From contig OZ024754.1 in NCBI GenBank assembly GCA_964016885.1, forward strand, positions 9,362,001 through 9,426,000: a stretch of DNA of 64,000 nt, in the 5' to 3' direction. A program made the translations under genes and the position numbers. Below the pieces are notes generated by a model. That model saw nothing but the letters and a program-made list of their open reading frames with translations. It did no database searches and was not told where the DNA came from. Below, one piece after another: positions 57,766 through 64,000 of this stretch. Each line of letters starts with the position of its first letter. Position 1 is the first letter of the stretch. The stretch is from Eledone cirrhosa. Its lineage: Eukaryota.

Positions 57766-58364
57766 ACTTAGCCCATTCTGTCTTCTTTTTATAAGTGTTT
57801 TTGTTTGTTTCTTCTTTAAGAAGGTAGGATGTGATTTAAGGAAGATTTTGGCTCAAATATCCAATAAGAAGGTTCCTCACAGGCTCCTCTTAATTGTTGT
57901 TGCTAATGTTACTGTTGATTATCAATGAAATTCTAGATATCAAGTTAAATCAAGCTAATTGTAGCTCCCTGCCATTCTTCATTAATACAGTCCTTGTTAA
58001 TTCCGTCATTCAATACCCTTAGTCATATGGCTATTTGATCCTCTTACACTCACACCGTTATCTCATTAAGACAATCTACTTCAGTGGAATTCTGCTGACT
58101 TCTATGAATAATGAATCAAAACAACACTAAATTAAACATTACACCTGACATTACAAGGGTTTGGATTAGAGTGTTTCGACAAAAGACCCAAAGTATTTAA
58201 AATTACTAGAATTTTTTTTCAACACACTGGCTGACACGTATGTCTGTATGTGTGTGTGTACATGTATGTGTGTGTATGTCTGTGCATTTGCATACATTTA
58301 TATGTAAGAGTGTATAAATATAAACATGCAAACACAGACACACTTACAAAAATACACACTCACA

Positions 58365-58835
58365 GACATACATTCACACAAATACACATACATTCACACA
58401 AACATACATACATTCACACAAATACACATACATTCACACAAATACACATACATTCACACATACATTCACACAAATACACATACATTCACACAAATACACA
58501 TACATTCACACAAATACACATACATTCGCACAAACATACATACATTCACACATACATTTACACAAACACATACACATACATTCACACAAATACACATACA
58601 TTCACACAAATACACATACATTCGCACAAACATACATACATTCACACATACATTTACACAAACACATACACATACATTCACACAAATACACATACATTCA
58701 CACAAATACACATACATTCACACAAACATACATACATTCACACATACATTTACACAAACACACACATACATTCACACAAATACACATACATTCGCACAAA
58801 CAAACACACATACATTTACACAAACACATACACAC
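58365..58835. repeat. 20-bp minisatellite
   Basis: Unit CACAAATACACATACATTCA. Confidence 0.92.
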
Positions 58836-59068
58836 ACACACACTCACACAGCGTAGCAAATGGAACATCAGCTGCTGTTTTGCTATAGTTTTTTCACTAT
58901 CCCCCTTCCTTCCTATTACACACACATGCATTCACACATTGTGTGACGGATGTAAGTTGCTGAAATTTATATATAGATGATCATGTGTCGTTAGAAGATG
59001 GTGATTGTGATATGAAATTGGATTGAATTAGCAGCTTTCACCATATGTTTGACTACAGAAAAATTAGT

Positions 59069-59519
59069 TTAACCCTTTAGCATTTAAACTGGCCATATCC
59101 GGCCAGAATTCTCTCACCTCTTTCTGTTCAAACTGGCTGTAACTGGCCACTCATACTGATGTTAAGGTATCGTTCTCAAAATAAATAACACCGTGAGATA
59201 ATATGTGATGCGCATGAAAGATGACCACTGGGTAAAGAAGTGCCAAGAAATCCCAGTAGAAGGAAGATGCAGTAGAGGAAGACCACGAAAAACATGGGTG
59301 GAGGTGGTGAGAGCAGACCTCAGATTGCTGAAGCTCATGGAGGAGATGACGAAGGGCCGTGACAAGTGGAGAGATGCTGTGCTGAATAGGACCCGTCCCA
59401 TCCTTGTAAGCTGGGAAAAGTGGACGTAAAATGATGATGATGATGATGAGGAATTAAGTGAGATAAAGCCGTAAAAATACAATAGTATATAGAGAGTAAT
59501 GTAAATGCTAAAGGGTTAA
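59069..59519 (+). mobile_element. piggyBac-like MITE interrupted by an RTE fragment
   Basis: TTAA/CCCTTTAGCATTTA TIRs at both ends. Confidence 0.88.
59203..59450 (+). mobile_element. RTE LINE 3' fragment (ORF C-terminus plus (GAT)n tail)
   Basis: VMRMKDDHWVKKCQEIPVEGRCSRGRPRKTWVEVVRADLRLLKL...RDKWR. Confidence 0.9.
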
Positions 59520-59789
59520 TAATAGGGTGTATAAACCCCAGAATGGAAGAAAATGACTATTCATCAGACTGTAGCCCTGCAGTCTAGGACACAGGTAGCT
59601 CTTTTAATTACAGGTACAATTCATTTTTGCCAGTTGAGTGAACTGGAGCAATGTGAAATAAAGTGCCTTGCTCAAGGACAATGCGTGCTGCTGGGAATCG
59701 AACTCACAACCTTACGATCGTGAGCTGAATTCCCTAACTACAAAGTCACGCACTTTCACATGTGAAAAGGGGAACTATAGAGACACATA

Positions 59790-60465
59790 AATAATTGTTT
59801 CGACTTTTGGCACAAGGCCAGCAATTACACAATGCATTACTGGTACTTTATTTTATCGACCCCATAAGGATGAAAGGCAAAGTTAACCTCGGCGGGATTT
59901 GAACTCAGATCATACAGGGAGGTAACTCTATGCTTCAAAACATGGCGTCCGACCCTCTACCGATACTGCCAATCCACTGCCTTTCGAGACACATAAATAA
60001 TTGTTTCTACTTTTTGGCACAAGGCCAGCAATTACCCAGTACATTACTGGTACTTTATTTTATCGACCCCGTAAGGATGAAAGGCAAAGTTAACCTCGGC
60101 GGGATTTGAACTCAGAATGGCAAGGGCCGTAACTCTATGCGTCAAAGCATGGCGTCCGACCCTCTACCGATACTGCCAATCCAATGCCTTTAGAGACACA
60201 TAAATAATGATTTCTAGTATAGGCACTAGTACTGGTACTTTATTAGTAATGCACCTAGTATAGGCACAAGGGCAGTAATTTGGGAGGAGGTGAAAGTTGA
60301 TTAAATCAACCCCAGTATGTTACTGGTACTTTATTTTATCGACCCTGTAAGGATGAAAGGCAAAGTTAACCTCAGCAGGATTTAAACTCAGACTGTAAAG
60401 AGCCGTAACTCTATGCTGCAAAGCATGGTGTCTGGCTCTACCAATACTGCTAATCCACCGCGCCC
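59790..60465 (-). mobile_element. Three head-to-tail family B SINEs
   Basis: Copies at about 59790-59982, 59995-60190 and 60260-60465, delimited by GAGACACATAAATAAT. Confidence 0.85.
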
Positions 60466-61653
60466 CCTTATAGAGACACAAATTATGAGAACAATTATAT
60501 ATTTGGTTTCATTTTGTAAAGACAAAAATTAAAACTACAGGCAATGTTAAATCTTTTCACAAAGAAGTTAATATCATGTTTCTTGCCAAATTGACATTAT
60601 GGCGGCCATTATTTGCTTCATTATGCCTTTGTTTGTTTGCACGTATGTTTATATCAACATACATATACATAAATATAGGTAGAGAGATAAAGAAATATAT
60701 ACATATAGATAGGCTAATATACATAATTAGAGGAAGCTAGATAGATAAGCAGATATTAGTTTAGTTTTAGTATGTAATACATGAAATGCTGTATGTTTTA
60801 GAGATATAAAAATGATTTATCCATGAGCGTAACTGCTATAGACGAAAATAGTTGCAATAGTGTTATGTAAATGTACATGTAGTTACATATTAAAATATAC
60901 TGGGGAACAACACAATCTATTCTATAATATTATAAATAAAACTATTTATGGTTCCAAACATTCATTAGTGTTTTGTATGTCTAGTTAACTCATCAGTAGA
61001 GAAGAAATGATAGATGGCATTCATATGACTACTATCTATAGGAGTATTTAATAAAATATTAAGGTGCAGGACTAAGTAGTTAAGGGGTTGGGTTCATTAT
61101 TCTAAGTTCACGAGATCAATTCCCAGAAAAGCCAGCACATTGTTTCCTTGAGCAAGACACTTTATTTCACATTGCTACAGTTCACTCAGCTGGCAAAAAT
61201 GAATTTGTACCTGTAATTCAACTGGCCAGTTTTGTCACACATTGTGTCACACTGATTCATCATCATCATCATCATCATCACTGTTTTACGTCCATTCTTC
61301 CACACTAGCATGGGTTAGACGGGTTGTCCTGTTGTGGACAATGCCAGGTCAGGTGACCATGTCTCGCTCGTACAGAACTGTTTCTGGCAGGTTTTCTATG
61401 GCTGGATGCCCTTCCTAACACCAACCACATTTACAGTGTGGACTGGGAGCCTTTTAACCGTGTCTCCTACACGACCACTTTACAGTGAGGGCTGGGTGCT
61501 TTTTGTCGTGTCTCCCGACCAATCTTGCCTCAAGTAGGACAAAACCGTCCAACCCATGCTAGCAGCATGGATGATGGACGTTAAACAATGATAATGATGT
61601 TGATGATAAGCTAGGATCAATATATGTATATATTATATATATGTATATATATA

Positions 61654-61844
61654 TAACAAAGGAAATGTGGTAAGGAACCAGGTGGACCATAACGCACCAA
61701 AGTACTCAATACTTGGGGTAGTAGAGTGGGTAATAGGAACCAGTAAGACCCCGACAGCTGAGCTCAAGCCGTTTCGACGGCTAATTCAGTCCAGAATTAG
61801 CCGTCGAAACGGCTTGAGCTCAGCTGTCGGGGTCTTACTGGTTC

Positions 61845-61847
<3 letters not shown>
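61654..61847. mobile_element. Second copy of the 28.9-kb GC-rich palindromic element
   Basis: Perfect palindrome at about 61735-61847, plus the same flank as 29007-29090. Confidence 0.8.
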
Positions 61848-61923
<76 letters not shown>

Positions 61924-62253
61924 TTCATAAGGCTTAGTGGTTAGAGAATTTGATTCCCAATCCTGAGGTTGTGAGTTTGATTCCTGGACTGTGTGAGGCA
62001 TTATGTCATTGAGCAAGTCACTTTATTTCACATTGCTCTTTTTGCTAAGAGTTGCAAACAGTAAATATTATCACCAATGGAAAGACCATTGAAAAAATTG
62101 TATTCTTGGGTCAATTTGAAGAGTTCCACTCAGCTCAGTAATGAAATGAGGTCCAAGGTCTTGTTGATCGATTCAATCAATTGATGTAAAGCTAGATATA
62201 TGTATAGGTCTTTAGATATATACACTGATAGACTTTAAGCGAAAGAAGGTACA

Positions 62254-62484
62254 TACAGGATGGGCCAGAATTCATAACTCACTTGATTATTTATAGATCT
62301 ATTAACACAAAATGTTATGAAACAAGTTAAGGAATATAATACCATATACAGGCATAAGATCACGAACAAGATACGTTAAGCACACAAATGTACACATTTA
62401 ATTAATGCGCTGCTTAGTTAAATAGAATAAGCATGTTGAGAAATATAACTAAGAAGCGAGTCATGAATTCTGGCCCAACCTGTA
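62254..62484. mobile_element. Tc1/mariner-type MITE
   Basis: TA-CAGGATGGGCCAGAATTCATAACTC ... GAGTCATGAATTCTGGCCCAACCTG-TA. Confidence 0.85.
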
Positions 62485-62961
62485 GATTAAAAACAAGAAA
62501 GATATAGCATTAGATAATTCAATTCTTCCATTACTGTTCAGTTAAAACCAACATGATAAAAAAAAATAAATTGGTAGCAAAAGTATGAAAAAGCTTGATA
62601 CAGATACAATAATAGTAATGATTAGATAAAGACTGATAATAGCTCTTAGCAAGTTCAGCAACATAATCATTAGTATAACTAGTTCCCTTGTTCTTTAACC
62701 AGTTAACCTTTAGGCTATAACCACTCAATGACCGGATCTTGTTTGGAAACTAATGCAATAAATAGTAATGGAAACAGATGTACAGTTATCGCTACCATCT
62801 TATAAATCGCTATCACTATATACATACATAGATGTATATAAAAGTATATATATATATATATATATATATATAAGTATATATATAAGTATATATATATATA
62901 AGTATATATATAAGTATATATATATATAAGTATATATATATATAAGTATATATATATATAA

Positions 62962-62997
<36 letters not shown>

Positions 62998-63390
62998 ATA
63001 CTTGGGGAGGGTCATATTTTTGTAATATTGCCAGAATTAATAACAGAACACACTCACTGTTTGGTTGGTTTTCGCTTCTCGCTGTCTTTTATTATATCTG
63101 CGATCTAACTTAATCGGTCCTCAATGTTGCCATTGACTGCCGACGGTCAAAAAATAATACAGATACAATATAGACACAAACACATATATATAGTTTACAT
63201 AATTTACATAAATCTTTTGTTGTACATCTGCAACATCGTCAGTGGTGTTATATTTTTTCCTCCTGTTGTGTTGTATGTCTACGCCATTTTTTATTCAGTC
63301 TGTCTATATATTTATTTATTTATTTGCTTGTTTGTTTATTTTATTTTGTCTTCTTTGCGCATGCGCCGCTATATATATATATATATATAA

Positions 63391-63444
<54 letters not shown>

Positions 63445-63589
63445 TTTGAGTATATGTTGGTTGTATACCAACACCTCAGTATGCAGATTGGAGCACTCGA
63501 CGAAGTGCGCAGGTTGGTTTGGTTACTCCGGAGTAATGTAAAATAAAATAAAATAAATAAGTCAAATGTTTAAAATTTAGCTTCGTTTA

Positions 63590-63950
63590 TTACTGCTATA
63601 TATATTTCGGTGACAGCCATCTTTGGCTGTGACCTCTTTAGGCAGTCCGAATTAGTGTGGTAGAGACGAGTACACATGTTGTTGAGGTGTTTAACTTTGT
63701 CAATACTCTGATATGCCCAGTTCCTGGTTGGGTTGTTGTTTCACTGAGGAACTGGAATCATATCTCTTCCAATCATATATGATTCCAGTTCCTCAGTGAA
63801 ACAACAACCCAACAAGGAACTGGGCATATCAGAGTATTGACAAAGTTAAACACCTCAACAACATATGTACTTGTCTATACCACATTAATTCGGACTGCCT
63901 GAAGAGGTCACAGCCAAAGATGGCTGTCACCGAAATATATATAGCAGTAA
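63590..63950. repeat. About 360-bp inverted repeat (arms about 174 bp, loop about 13 nt); PLE-like inverted pseudo-LTR
   Basis: Arms are reverse complements with few mismatches; each outer end carries a hammerhead motif. Confidence 0.9.
63894..63948 (+). ncRNA. Type I minimal hammerhead ribozyme motif
   Basis: ACUGC-CUGAAGA-GGUCACAGCCA(AAGA)UGGCUGUCACC-GAAA-UAUAUAUA-GCAGU: 5-bp stem I, 10-bp stem II, palindromic stem III, AUA cleavage triplet. Confidence 0.8.
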
Positions 63951-64000
63951 AATATAGTATAAAATATATATATACATACATACATATATATATATACATA

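Noticed and set aside
57443-57928. Lys/Glu-rich 161-aa ORF
   Set aside because: An RTE 3' end plus an expanded GAA/GGA tail.
63205-63246. Minus-strand CTGACGA-TGTTG..CAAC hammerhead candidate
   Set aside because: GAAA is replaced by AAAA and stem I/III pairing is not evident.

Overview
This is an AT-rich, microsatellite-saturated eukaryotic window. The SINE/LINE repertoire suggests a coleoid cephalopod, most likely an octopod (inference from remembered repeat motifs, not from a search). No intact protein-coding gene is supported: all long ORFs in the track are stop-free translations of simple repeats. The window contains (TA)n/(CA)n tracts, more than 12 local minisatellites, two tRNA-derived SINE families, RTE, CR1, Tx1/L1 and CRE-like LINE fragments, and piggyBac-, Tc1/mariner- and hAT-type MITEs. 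The most interesting signal is a set of short palindromic or inverted elements embedded in (TA)n that carry minimal type I hammerhead-ribozyme motifs (CUGANGA...GAAA...NUH). Four have complete cores (28165-28230 minus, 28325-28390 plus, 28667-28732 plus, 63894-63948 plus) and several more are half or mutated copies, which matches Penelope-like-element pseudo-LTRs. Other notable items are satellites born from LINE coding ends, a twin-priming-type 5' inversion, a SINE/LINE shared 3' tail, serial SINE insertions into one target site, and several near-perfect inverted SINE pairs.
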